In this document: positions 56,393 to 64,000 of the stretch, in pieces
Position numbering within the stretch: the first letter of the stretch is position 1
Layout: each line of letters opens with the position of its first letter
Source of the DNA: a virus
Lineage: Duplodnaviria; Caudoviricetes
Length of the DNA stretch: 64,000 nucleotides
Reading direction: 5' to 3' (one strand)
Virus record (IMG/VR): IMGVR_UViG_3300048691_000203
Coordinates: 275-64,274 of that record
Position numbers and translations under genes: made by a program
The notes under the pieces: model-generated
The model's database searches: none
Told to the model about the DNA's origin: nothing
The model's input: only the letters and a program-made list of their open reading frames with translations

Positions 56393-58699
56393 ATGAATAA
56401 CTCAAATACAACTGTCAAACCAGTACAACTAGAAAAGCAATACGCCATCGCCGCTTTAAAAATCGCTGATTTTGGTGAAAACTGGCTCGAAACGGCAAAT
56501 CGGGCGTTGGCGCTTCAAGCAACTGCACAACAATATGAGTACGTTACAATCACAGCAGAGCAGGCGCGTGAGCTTGGGGCTGGTGCTGAATATTATCAGC
56601 CTGTATCCGATCGATGGATCAAGTGTGATTTGCTTACAAAATTTCCCGTCAGTTTTTCCGACGGTGAGGTTATCAAATACCGAGCCATCAAGCAAACACT
56701 GCCGATTGCCAACCAAAAACCCCACCAAGCCGCCCTTCAAGCTGAGTATGCAAAGCAAGTTAAAGATGATACAACTGGATTTTATTTGTGGCAGTTTCAA
56801 GCTGGCTATGGTGGTTGGCTGACTTGCAAAAATGCACCTGCATTTTTAAGCGGCTGCAAATATCGCTACACAGACATCTCTTGCTACGTTTCAAAAGACA
56901 GTGAGCCAGCTATCAGGATGTTACGCATGGAGGCTCGGGAGTTGCAGTCTAAGCTGGGTGATACGGTTGAGTGGTTCAACCCTGAAAACGACAAAGTAAG
57001 TGCGGGGATAGAGCTTGTGTTTAATGAGCAAGGTACTTACACCTACCACAACAAAGCCAGTGAAATCACTCTAGTAGAGCAGCAATATGAAAAAGACTGG
57101 TTAAAACTTGACACAGACAAACAGCAAGAAAGCGAATACATCACAGCAAAGCAGGCGCGAGAGCTTGGGGTGGGAAATGCTGAGTGGAGAAGTGGCGGAT
57201 ATTCTGATTGGCAAACTTGCGACGAGGACTTCCAATATTTTTCACTTGGGGTTGAATACCGCGCCATCAAGCAAGCACAGGCTGAAACCATTATCAAACA
57301 TTTTGGGACTATTCATGAGGAAAATGGAAAGCTCATGTTTACTGACTTCTCGGTAGATGGTTGTGGGTCAACAGATGCCAGCCAGACAGCCATAGCAAAG
57401 GCAGCAATTAAACGCATTGAGGCTAGCTTAAAGCAAGCACAGCCAGAGCCAACATCCTCAGAGTATGTAGAAGGGTATGTAGAAGGGTATGTTGAAGGGT
57501 TTAATGATGCTTGCAAGCCAAAAACCCAGCCTGAGCCAGTAATAACTGCACTTGAAGAAATCAATAAGCGCATTGATAAAAACCTTGAGGGATTTCACAA
57601 CGACGAGGCGATTTCTCCTGAACTTGAAGGCTTAGCTGAAAAGGCTATTGCAAAACTAAACTCTGAGCCAGTCGAAACAGAGGAAGAAAGTAATGCGTCG
57701 TGGGCTGCAATTGATGCGCCAATCCCACATGCCGACCTTCGCGTTGAGTACATCCGTCAGCGTGATGCTGTGCCTTGCGAGTTGGGGTTTTATTTGTGGG
57801 AGCGAAAAGACAAAGGCATGGCAGACTTTGCAAAACTTGGAGTGCCTCCCGCCTTCTACCCTTTTCACGAATACCGCTGCACAGACATAAGCTGCTATGT
57901 TTCAAAAGACGGTGAGCCAGCTATCAGGATGCTTAGAACTGAGGCGCAGGCTTTGCAGGCTAAGTTGGGTGATACGGTTGAGTGGAATCTCTTTGGTACT
58001 ACTTTACAGTGGGAAGGTGAGGTTTTTACCTTTGACGTTGAAAGAACTTACACCTACCGCACCAAAGCCACCATCAAACTGGATGGGCGCATGGTCACGC
58101 GAGAGCAGGCAGCGGCTGAGTGGAAGACTAAAAAAGAGACGCATGAGATGTGGTTTCAGTTTGGTAAACTGAGCTGGACAGACGTTATTGGCTTTCCTAC
58201 GAATCTTATCGATTACTTCATCATTAGTAATGATTGTGAGTACGAACTCCGACCAAAGGCGCTAAAGCAAGTTAGCTGGAGTGATATGCCACAATTTGTG
58301 AAAGTTCAACACAAAACAACAAAACAAACATTCGCTTTTTTGGGTGTAGATACGTTCGGTTATTTGGCAGTGTTTCGTAGAGATTGTGATGACTATTCCT
58401 ACAATCCACCTACAATCCACCTACAATCCACCTACAATCCACCTACAATCCACCTACAATCCACCTACAATCCACCTGCACTTGAACTCGCCCCAACCAA
58501 TGAGCAGCCTTGGATGTATTGGGGCGGTGGTGAATGTCCTGTGCCAGATGGTTGTACGTTTGAAGTGGTGCACCGAAGTGGCAATGTTCGCAGTCAAAAA
58601 GAAGTGACCGACTGGACCCATACTGACCACGCCGGCGACATCATTGCTTACCGAATCACAGGCATAGCTGAAGGCTACAAGATGGAAGGTTCTGTATGA
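56393..58699 (+). CDS. Mosaic early protein with duplicated modules and a C-terminal 'W.GGECPV...DIIAYR' domain
   Basis: Two 'ITA.QARELG...YRAIKQ' and two 'GFYLW...TDISCYVSKD.EPAIRMLR...LGDTVEW' modules. Confidence 0.7.
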   Translation: MNNSNTTVKPVQLEKQYAIAALKIADFGENWLETANRALALQATAQQYEYVTITAEQARELGAGAEYYQPVSDRWIKCDLLTKFPVSFSDGEVIKYRAIKQTLPIANQKPHQAALQAEYAKQVKDDTTGFYLWQFQAGYGGWLTCKNAPAFLSGCKYRYTDISCYVSKDSEPAIRMLRMEARELQSKLGDTVEWFNPENDKVSAGIELVFNEQGTYTYHNKASEITLVEQQYEKDWLKLDTDKQQESEYITAKQARELGVGNAEWRSGGYSDWQTCDEDFQYFSLGVEYRAIKQAQAETIIKHFGTIHEENGKLMFTDFSVDGCGSTDASQTAIAKAAIKRIEASLKQAQPEPTSSEYVEGYVEGYVEGFNDACKPKTQPEPVITALEEINKRIDKNLEGFHNDEAISPELEGLAEKAIAKLNSEPVETEEESNASWAAIDAPIPHADLRVEYIRQRDAVPCELGFYLWERKDKGMADFAKLGVPPAFYPFHEYRCTDISCYVSKDGEPAIRMLRTEAQALQAKLGDTVEWNLFGTTLQWEGEVFTFDVERTYTYRTKATIKLDGRMVTREQAAAEWKTKKETHEMWFQFGKLSWTDVIGFPTNLIDYFIISNDCEYELRPKALKQVSWSDMPQFVKVQHKTTKQTFAFLGVDTFGYLAVFRRDCDDYSYNPPTIHLQSTYNPPTIHLQSTYNPPALELAPTNEQPWMYWGGGECPVPDGCTFEVVHRSGNVRSQKEVTDWTHTDHAGDIIAYRITGIAEGYKMEGSV
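57464..57499 (+). repeat. 12-bp tandem repeat x3 (in frame, YVEG)
   Basis: TATGTAGAAGGG TATGTAGAAGGG TATGTTGAAGGG. Confidence 0.85.
58398..58477 (+). repeat. 11-bp perfect tandem repeat x7 (CCTACAATCCA) within a coding region
   Basis: Seven exact units at 58398-58474 plus a partial CCT. Confidence 0.95.
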
Positions 58700-58836
58700 C
58701 TACGCTATGCATACTTTCAATAGCCTTTGCGTTTCTTGCAGGGGTCAGTGATGATGACTATACACAAATAATTTTTGTATCATTATGCTTGACGTGCTTC
58801 ATTGCTTTAGTAGCTAACGGAATTTGGGCTTTATGA
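58696..58836 (+). CDS. Small two-helix membrane protein (46 aa), not in ORF track
   Basis: ATGA-coupled at both ends; two hydrophobic stretches. Confidence 0.55.
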   Translation: MTTLCILSIAFAFLAGVSDDDYTQIIFVSLCLTCFIALVANGIWAL

Positions 58837-59045
58837 CTACCCGCGCATTTACCGTAGAGGTGACGGGGTGTACAATTTGCCCATACTATCGTGAAGAGTG
58901 GGATTCCAGTTTGGCTCAATGTAGCAAAGTTTTTCGTAACCAAGTTACTTTAGTCCGGGAAAACAAAGATGGCATCACTGAATCATGCCCAATGTTCGAT
59001 AAATCTTTTGTGAAGGATAAGAAGAAATGGCCAACAACGACTTAG
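58833..59045 (+). CDS. Small Cys-rich protein
   Basis: 'C..CPY...C...CP'; ATGA overlap. Confidence 0.6.
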   Translation: MTTRAFTVEVTGCTICPYYREEWDSSLAQCSKVFRNQVTLVRENKDGITESCPMFDKSFVKDKKKWPTTT

Positions 59046-59176
59046 CAATAATCATTGAAAGCACTTGGCATTTAATCAATAAGACAGCACCTAACAGTGA
59101 AAGCTACCGACCATTAGCAGCGCAATTTAAAGAACTTCTTTTAGAACAACTAAGACGCGCAAAGGAATCCGAATGA
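59027..59176 (+). CDS. Small hypothetical protein (49 aa), not in ORF track
   Basis: SD AAGGA; ATGA-coupled to 59173. Confidence 0.5.
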   Translation: MANNDLAIIIESTWHLINKTAPNSESYRPLAAQFKELLLEQLRRAKESE

Positions 59177-59727
59177 CACCTACCCCAGAGCAGATAGTAA
59201 AATGGCGCGAAGAGTTTGAACTATGGTGCCGTTGGCGCAAAGCCGAGCTTAGGATAAAAGCTGATGGCTCTTATTATTTCGACGTGCCAGAGTTTCAATG
59301 GGTCGCCTACCTACGCGCCTGTACTGAACAAAACAAAGAAATTGAAGTGCTAAAAGCGACTATCACAGATCTCACTCCACTTGCTAAATTTGGTGCTGAG
59401 GTCGCGCATCACGTAGATGGGCTAGGGGCAATATCAACGAAGGTTGTTTGGAGCATCGCTGAGCGATTCGGCGTTCTCACGGATGATGGTAGTGAGTATA
59501 CATCAAACGTAGGACCTACCATTGAAACCCTGTTGGACGACCAATACACTGCACCAACCAAAACGCAACAAGGTATGTTGGGACCCATTACAGCTGCTGA
59601 CATTACAAGCGAGATGTACGCTGAGTGGAATAAAGTATTCGGATCCGATATGAGTTCCCCGTGCCCCAACGATAGTGCAGTTATGGCTGCAGCAATTTGC
59701 GCTTACTTAAAATTTGCGAACCTATGA
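59173..59727 (+). CDS. Hypothetical early protein
   Basis: SD AAGGA; 'REEFE.W...Y.....W.AY' phage motif. Confidence 0.65.
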   Translation: MTPTPEQIVKWREEFELWCRWRKAELRIKADGSYYFDVPEFQWVAYLRACTEQNKEIEVLKATITDLTPLAKFGAEVAHHVDGLGAISTKVVWSIAERFGVLTDDGSEYTSNVGPTIETLLDDQYTAPTKTQQGMLGPITAADITSEMYAEWNKVFGSDMSSPCPNDSAVMAAAICAYLKFANL

Positions 59728-60173
59728 AAACACTAACAATTACTGCAGACCACGACTGGGCATTTGATGCCTTTTTGGATGAGATTGTCGACTACGATTT
59801 TTTTTTTGGTAACCCTGTGACCCGCCGAGATGTTTCTGTCTCACATTCTAAGTATGATTTTGTGTGTGGATATGAAGCAAGTGTAGCTCAACATCAAACT
59901 GAAGTTGAGGACACGGCTAAAGACATCACTCACGCCTTGGATACTATCATCGAATATGCTACTGAAACAACCACTCAATTAGCATACATTGCACAATTAA
60001 CAAAACAACTCAAGATCGCTTCTAAGAATGCTGATCGTTACGAGTGGCTACGCAACTACCTTATCAGCGATGATACTCAACACGACGACGCCATAATTTT
60101 TGCGCGTACGACAAACTCTTTTGATAGTACAATTGATACCTTGATCCACAGAGACCTCACACCAACTACATAG
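59724..60173 (+). CDS. Hypothetical early protein (Ead/Ea22-like C-terminal motif)
   Basis: 'NA.RY.WLR...D..ID'; ATGA overlap. Confidence 0.6.
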   Translation: MKTLTITADHDWAFDAFLDEIVDYDFFFGNPVTRRDVSVSHSKYDFVCGYEASVAQHQTEVEDTAKDITHALDTIIEYATETTTQLAYIAQLTKQLKIASKNADRYEWLRNYLISDDTQHDDAIIFARTTNSFDSTIDTLIHRDLTPTT

Positions 60174-60184
60174 AAAGCAGAGAC

Positions 60185-60442
60185 ATGAACGTAAAACCTG
60201 GCGACAAAGCAAAAATTATTAAATCAATCGACGGTATGTCTGTTGGCAAAATTGTCACCGTTATATCGCTAACTGGAACCCACAGCAAATATGGAACTGT
60301 CTGGCGAGTTGAGGGTGCCGGATTGGTATCAGAATATGGTGGCGTAGGTGCCAATGCAGATGTCCCTGATGACTGGCTTCAGAAGATTGAACCAGATGAT
60401 GGGGTGCTTACGAAAGACAAGAAGTTAGAGTTGGTCGATTGA
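60185..60442 (+). CDS. Small SH3/KOW-like phage protein
   Basis: 'MN.KPGD.A.II....GKIV.V...PD.WL..I'. Confidence 0.65.
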   Translation: MNVKPGDKAKIIKSIDGMSVGKIVTVISLTGTHSKYGTVWRVEGAGLVSEYGGVGANADVPDDWLQKIEPDDGVLTKDKKLELVD

Positions 60443-60502
60443 AACCAATACCAACACTGTGGATAATCTAAACTTCAATTAACTATAATAGCGCCTAATA
60501 CT

Positions 60503-60922
60503 ATGCAAAAAACTACAATCACTACACCTCTTCAATACAATTCCTCACAAGATTGTTTTCAGATTACATTAACACGCGACCAACTTGCTCAGTTGGGGTT
60601 TGCTCCAAATCAAGCTGACATCATCTGGGACAAGTACCCTCAGATCCCAGCTGTTACGACTCGCCAAGAACCATTACGCCAGTATCGCGTTGTATCCAAA
60701 ACAATTATCAGTGAAATCAACACTGTAACAGCCGCAAGTGGTGATGAAGCTCTGAAACTGATTCAAGCAGCACAAAGCGCTGCGGTTGCTTGTGGGGGTC
60801 AATTTGTGGTGAACATCGACGATGTTGTTGACGAAGAATACACAGTCGAAGAAGTTGTTACATCAAGGTCTCTGCTTGATAATCTTACTCACAATCAGTA
60901 CGTCAATCCCAACCTAATTTAA
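60503..60922 (+). CDS. Hypothetical protein
   Basis: N-terminal AbrB-like 'I.L..D.L.QLG' and C-terminal 'V.A.S..EA' module. Confidence 0.55.
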   Translation: MQKTTITTPLQYNSSQDCFQITLTRDQLAQLGFAPNQADIIWDKYPQIPAVTTRQEPLRQYRVVSKTIISEINTVTAASGDEALKLIQAAQSAAVACGGQFVVNIDDVVDEEYTVEEVVTSRSLLDNLTHNQYVNPNLI

Positions 60923-61686
60923 TGGACATATTGAAGTTCCCACTCAACACAGCCGGACGAGATTTCTTTGTCGGTGATATTCACGGCAGCTTCCATCTGT
61001 TGGATGAAGCTCTGGATCGTGTTGAGTTCAACCCACTTGTGGATCGTGTATTTTCTGTCGGTGACTTAGTCGACCGAGGGCGAGAGTCGATCCGAGCAAT
61101 TGATTGGATCACTCACCCTGCATTCCATACGGTCCTTGGAAATCATGAATTGATGGCAATGCAGTACACTGGGTTAGAGTCCGTTCCTCGATATGTCGGA
61201 AGGATCACTGAGTATGAATATTCATACCATGGTGGAGATTGGCTACTGGATGAAACTCAAGTAAGACGAGTTGAGGTAGCAACAATATTCCAGAAGTTAC
61301 CCATCGCAATAGAAGTCGAAACGGTAGTTGGACGAGTGGGTGTGATTCATGCTGAGGTACCTAATGGTACCTGGACACACACCGATTCAATTGCAAGGGA
61401 TTCACCAGCAGCAACCGCAGCACTGTGGGGGCGAGGTAAAATAAAATCTGGAGATTATAGTGTAGTCTCAAATATCGATTATGTTGTTGTTGGTCATACC
61501 ATAGTGAATGTGCCGGTGATGTTGGGGAATGTCTGCTACATCGACACAGGTGCAGTATATTCTTACATGCCTAATAGTCCACACTACAGTAAAGATCGCA
61601 CCCTCACGCTAGTTGAGGCAAAAGATTTGCCTGCAATTCCATCTGCATCTTCCCTCGATCAATCTAAAATTTCTTATGGGTATTGA
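60922..61686 (+). CDS. Ser/Thr protein phosphatase-type metallophosphoesterase (lambda NinI-like)
   Basis: 'GDIHG', 'GDLVDRG', 'GNHE', 'HA', 'GHT', 'IDTG'. Confidence 0.92.
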   Translation: MDILKFPLNTAGRDFFVGDIHGSFHLLDEALDRVEFNPLVDRVFSVGDLVDRGRESIRAIDWITHPAFHTVLGNHELMAMQYTGLESVPRYVGRITEYEYSYHGGDWLLDETQVRRVEVATIFQKLPIAIEVETVVGRVGVIHAEVPNGTWTHTDSIARDSPAATAALWGRGKIKSGDYSVVSNIDYVVVGHTIVNVPVMLGNVCYIDTGAVYSYMPNSPHYSKDRTLTLVEAKDLPAIPSASSLDQSKISYGY

Positions 61687-61688
61687 CA

Positions 61689-62220
61689 ATGAAGACCACA
61701 ATAAACCAACTAAAATCGCTTGGGGACGCTACAGTCGAGATGCGATTCCATCTTTGTAAGAAGTACGCTGATGATGAGTTATTTCCAGTATCTGTTGTGT
61801 TTGATCTCCCCGTATACTATCAATTGTGGGACGCTACATATGCTACCCATCACCGCCGTTGGGTATGAGCGTGAAGTTCGACTATTTGCTGTAACCTGTG
61901 CACGAAAGGTCATACGCCCAGACTTCGATCCTGAGGTTTTACACGCCATAGCCGTAGCTGAGCGCTTTGTGTACGGCAGCGCCACGGCTGAAGAACTACA
62001 CGCCACAAACAACGCATCTAAGCGAGTTGCTCTCGCGGCTGGACGCCGGGTCCCTACCGATTTTCGTTTTTACAGTGCTAGGATTGTTGTCGGTGTGACA
62101 GATCGTGTGGTGGATGCATTTACAGTCGCTGGACTTGCTCGAAATATATCCGAGTATACTCACCACGACCAAAAGAGGTTGATTATTAAAATGTGTGAAC
62201 AGCCTGTTGACTTAGGTTAG
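61689..62220 (+). pseudogene. Phage protein apparently split by a frameshift (Imm-5-like C-terminal part)
   Basis: 'MKTT.N.L...L.K..ADDE' in one frame (to 61868) and 'RLFAV.CAR.V...AI.VAERF..G.AT.EEL' in the +1 frame; I recall these as one protein in other phages. Confidence 0.5.
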
Positions 62221-62234
62221 AATCTGTGTATAAT
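62206..62234 (+). promoter_or_regulatory. Early sigma70-type promoter 4
   Basis: gTTGACT-16 nt-TATAAT followed by AGACCCTAAGAGCAA. Confidence 0.8.
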
Positions 62235-62282
62235 AGACCCTAAGAGCAATCGAAAGCTCACCACAGGAGATTTTTTTTAATC

Positions 62283-62624
62283 ATGATTGCCACAATCAAG
62301 GGTCCAACCGGTTGGACAGCTCCAACCTACATTAATTATGGCGGTGGTGCGGAACTACACATTGTTACTCACAAATCTCTTTCTGGTATAATTTCTACGT
62401 TCGTTGAAATCCTCCCTACCCGATTTGTGATGGAGTCTGGTATTGTTAGGTACGCGGCGCGTTCCGACTTCAGAAAAACATACATGACCTCTACCGGTAA
62501 GTGTACAGAGAAGAAGGTTGCAATGCAACAGTATGAAGGACTGCAACGTCTGGATGAAATCAAGGCTGATTGTGCTGCTTTTTATGCTGCGACAATGCAG
62601 TCCATAGAGAAAGATGTGGTGTAA
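62283..62624 (+). CDS. Hypothetical early protein
   Basis: SD AGGAG; downstream of promoter 4. Confidence 0.65.
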   Translation: MIATIKGPTGWTAPTYINYGGGAELHIVTHKSLSGIISTFVEILPTRFVMESGIVRYAARSDFRKTYMTSTGKCTEKKVAMQQYEGLQRLDEIKADCAAFYAATMQSIEKDVV

Positions 62625-62627
62625 AGT

Positions 62628-62822
62628 ATGGTACTTGATTTAAAACTAGTTGCGCTCGTTGGTGCATGCTTGGTGCTTCTGAAACTCGTAGGCTTTATTG
62701 TTCAGCCTTGGTGGATTACACTCGCACCAGCATATGCACCACTTGTATTATTCGCACTCGGATGGGCATTTTTGTGCCTGTGGGATCGCAAATTAATTGG
62801 ATTTAAGAGGATTAAAAAATGA
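62628..62822 (+). CDS. Small membrane protein
   Basis: 'LKL.G.I..PWW..LAP...P' two-TM phage motif. Confidence 0.65.
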   Translation: MVLDLKLVALVGACLVLLKLVGFIVQPWWITLAPAYAPLVLFALGWAFLCLWDRKLIGFKRIKK

Positions 62823-63064
62823 ACTTATATCAACATCTGGTATTCTTGCTCCCAGCAGCAATTTGCGTGGGTACTTTTGTGCTGTCTTTGAAATGGTTTG
62901 ATGATGATCATGTACTCACTACTATTGGTGGTACAATGAGCTTGGTCGTGAGTGCAGTATTTTTAGTAGTTTGGTTAGCGAATGTGATTGATGTATACCA
63001 ACACACGATCAACAACACCTTTAACCAGATTCGCCAATTATACACTATGTTAGGAACACTATGA
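62819..63064 (+). CDS. Small membrane protein
   Basis: Two hydrophobic segments; SD GAGGA; ATGA overlap. Confidence 0.6.
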   Translation: MNLYQHLVFLLPAAICVGTFVLSLKWFDDDHVLTTIGGTMSLVVSAVFLVVWLANVIDVYQHTINNTFNQIRQLYTMLGTL

Positions 63065-63192
63065 AGTATATTTGTGCAGCACTAATCGTACTACTGCTGA
63101 CAGGGTGCTTGAAAGTTAACAGGGTAACAGCCACTGAATCATCTGCCCAGCTGAGGTTTTTCTCCAATCATTACTGGCGGCGGCGTGTGTAA
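63061..63192 (+). CDS. Small lipoprotein (43 aa), possibly truncated by a frameshift
   Basis: MKYICAALIVLLLTG|C lipobox; SD AGGA; another frame stays open to 63314. Confidence 0.5.
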   Translation: MKYICAALIVLLLTGCLKVNRVTATESSAQLRFFSNHYWRRRV

Positions 63193-63333
63193 ATGGAAAT
63201 AGCATGATTCGTATTCGATTTGTATCTGCAGATCTCACTACAACGGCCCATGTTGATGTGGCCACGTGGGTGTATGAGTACACCACATCATCTTACCACA
63301 TAAAAACTTGTTAATATATTTCTGGTGATTTTT

Positions 63334-63362
63334 GTTGACCCTATCCAAAATTGGGGTATAAT
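63334..63362 (+). promoter_or_regulatory. Early sigma70-type promoter 5
   Basis: gTTGACC-16 nt-TATAAT followed by TGACCCTAAGAGCAA. Confidence 0.8.
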
Positions 63363-63395
63363 TGACCCTAAGAGCAACCATACAGGAACTACTAG

Positions 63396-63614
63396 ATGCA
63401 ACCAATCACCCTTCACACTAAATTTGGCAAGCAACACGCCTCAGTGGTAGTAACACCAGTCGCACTGGAAAGTGACTACATATCCGTTCACGTGGGTACA
63501 CTTCAAGACGCGCTACTTGCTGCATATTGCTATCGAAAGTCTGGGGAAGTTAAAATCGAAGAATCCCCCAATATTGGTGGATATGTCATTGTCGTGTATT
63601 ACAACAAAGCTTAA
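63396..63614 (+). CDS. Hypothetical early protein
   Basis: SD AGGA; downstream of promoter 5. Confidence 0.6.
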   Translation: MQPITLHTKFGKQHASVVVTPVALESDYISVHVGTLQDALLAAYCYRKSGEVKIEESPNIGGYVIVVYYNKA

Positions 63615-63629
63615 TTAACACCAACTATC

Positions 63630-63794
63630 ATGCCAACATTTACATTTACTAGAACACTCGAAGAAGTAGTTACTATATCCGCAGATAATCTCGAAGATGC
63701 TCAATGCAAAATTGAATATAGCGGGCAGGATTTCAATTGGGAATGTGTTGATGTGAGTGACCCAGCATGTGTTGATTCTTCAGACGACTGTTGA
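63630..63794 (+). CDS. Small acidic protein (54 aa, DpnD/PcfM-like pattern), not in ORF track
   Basis: MPTFTFTRTLEEVVTISADNLEDAQ... Confidence 0.5.
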   Translation: MPTFTFTRTLEEVVTISADNLEDAQCKIEYSGQDFNWECVDVSDPACVDSSDDC

Positions 63795-63819
63795 CCTTTG
63801 GCTAAGCCGAGTGTATAAT
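63790..63819 (+). promoter_or_regulatory. Early sigma70-type promoter 6
   Basis: gTTGACC-17 nt-TATAAT followed by AGACCCTAAGAGCAA. Confidence 0.8.
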
Positions 63820-63858
63820 AGACCCTAAGAGCAAGTGTACCCAATAGGAGAATATAAA

Positions 63859-64000
63859 ATGGCATCAGCATTACGTGAAATTAACGAATACTTAGAATCT
63901 ACTCGCATGATGTCTCGGACAGAGCTGAATGCTATTATCCGAGATCTCGATCCTGAAGCAGCAGAGCTCCAGACTCAAGGTTTCGCGCACAGTGTGTTGG
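63859..64000 (+). CDS. Hypothetical early protein (truncated by window end)
   Basis: SD AGGAG, ATG 63859, open to the window end. Confidence 0.6.
   Translation, partial: MASALREINEYLESTRMMSRTELNAIIRDLDPEAAELQTQGFAHSVL

Noticed and set aside
56870-57985. Diversity-generating retroelement TR/VR pair
   Set aside because: Mismatches between the two 105-nt copies include C/T and G/T changes rather than being adenine-specific, both copies are inside one ORF, and no reverse transcriptase is in the window.
58398-58477. CRISPR array
   Set aside because: Units are 11 bp and contiguous with no spacers; no cas genes seen in the window.
60458-60466. Perfect DnaA box (TGTGGATAA) in an intergenic gap
   Set aside because: I noticed only one copy, and one 9-mer is expected by chance in 64 kb; it more likely overlaps a weak promoter (TTGAAA-17-GATAAT).
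1-64000. Stop-codon reassignment (alternative genetic code)
   Set aside because: Core genes are full length in the standard code and TAA, TAG and TGA all terminate genes at sensible positions.
1-64000. tRNA or rRNA genes
   Set aside because: No cloverleaf or T-loop/D-loop pattern recognised in the intergenic gaps by eye; tRNAscan-SE would be needed to exclude them.

Overview
This window is part of the genome of a large T4-like (jumbo-type) myophage and uses the standard genetic code. Positions 1 to about 54.5 kb are the late/virion module: baseplate (gp25-, gp6-like and giant wedge proteins), tail chaperone, tape measure, portal, prohead protease, intein-containing terminase, tail tube, head-completion nuclease, small terminase, scaffold, major capsid protein, GroES, neck proteins, tail terminator and tail sheath. 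It also carries four free-standing homing-endonuclease-like genes, denV and phoH, and many of its genes are preceded by a T4-type late promoter core (TAAATA). From about 54.6 to 64 kb is an early region of small genes driven by six similar sigma70-type promoters. Most notable: (1) about 13 non-core late proteins share short N-terminal leaders ending in (L/I)-x-E, resembling T4 capsid-targeting and gp21-cleavage signals. These putative injected cargoes include three paralogous ADP-ribosyltransferase-like proteins, a zeta-like kinase, a PD-(D/E)xK nuclease, an apparent polyprotein and two proteins that copy the scaffold's C-terminal motif. (2) Late TAAATA elements repeatedly sit in the loops of inverted repeats of up to 15 bp. 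(3) There is a lambda G/GT-like -1 slippery site just before the tape measure gene. (4) The terminase has a class 3 intein starting with Asp. (5) An 11-bp x7 frame-sensitive tandem repeat lies in an early gene. All functional calls come from reading motifs by eye; no database searches were run.
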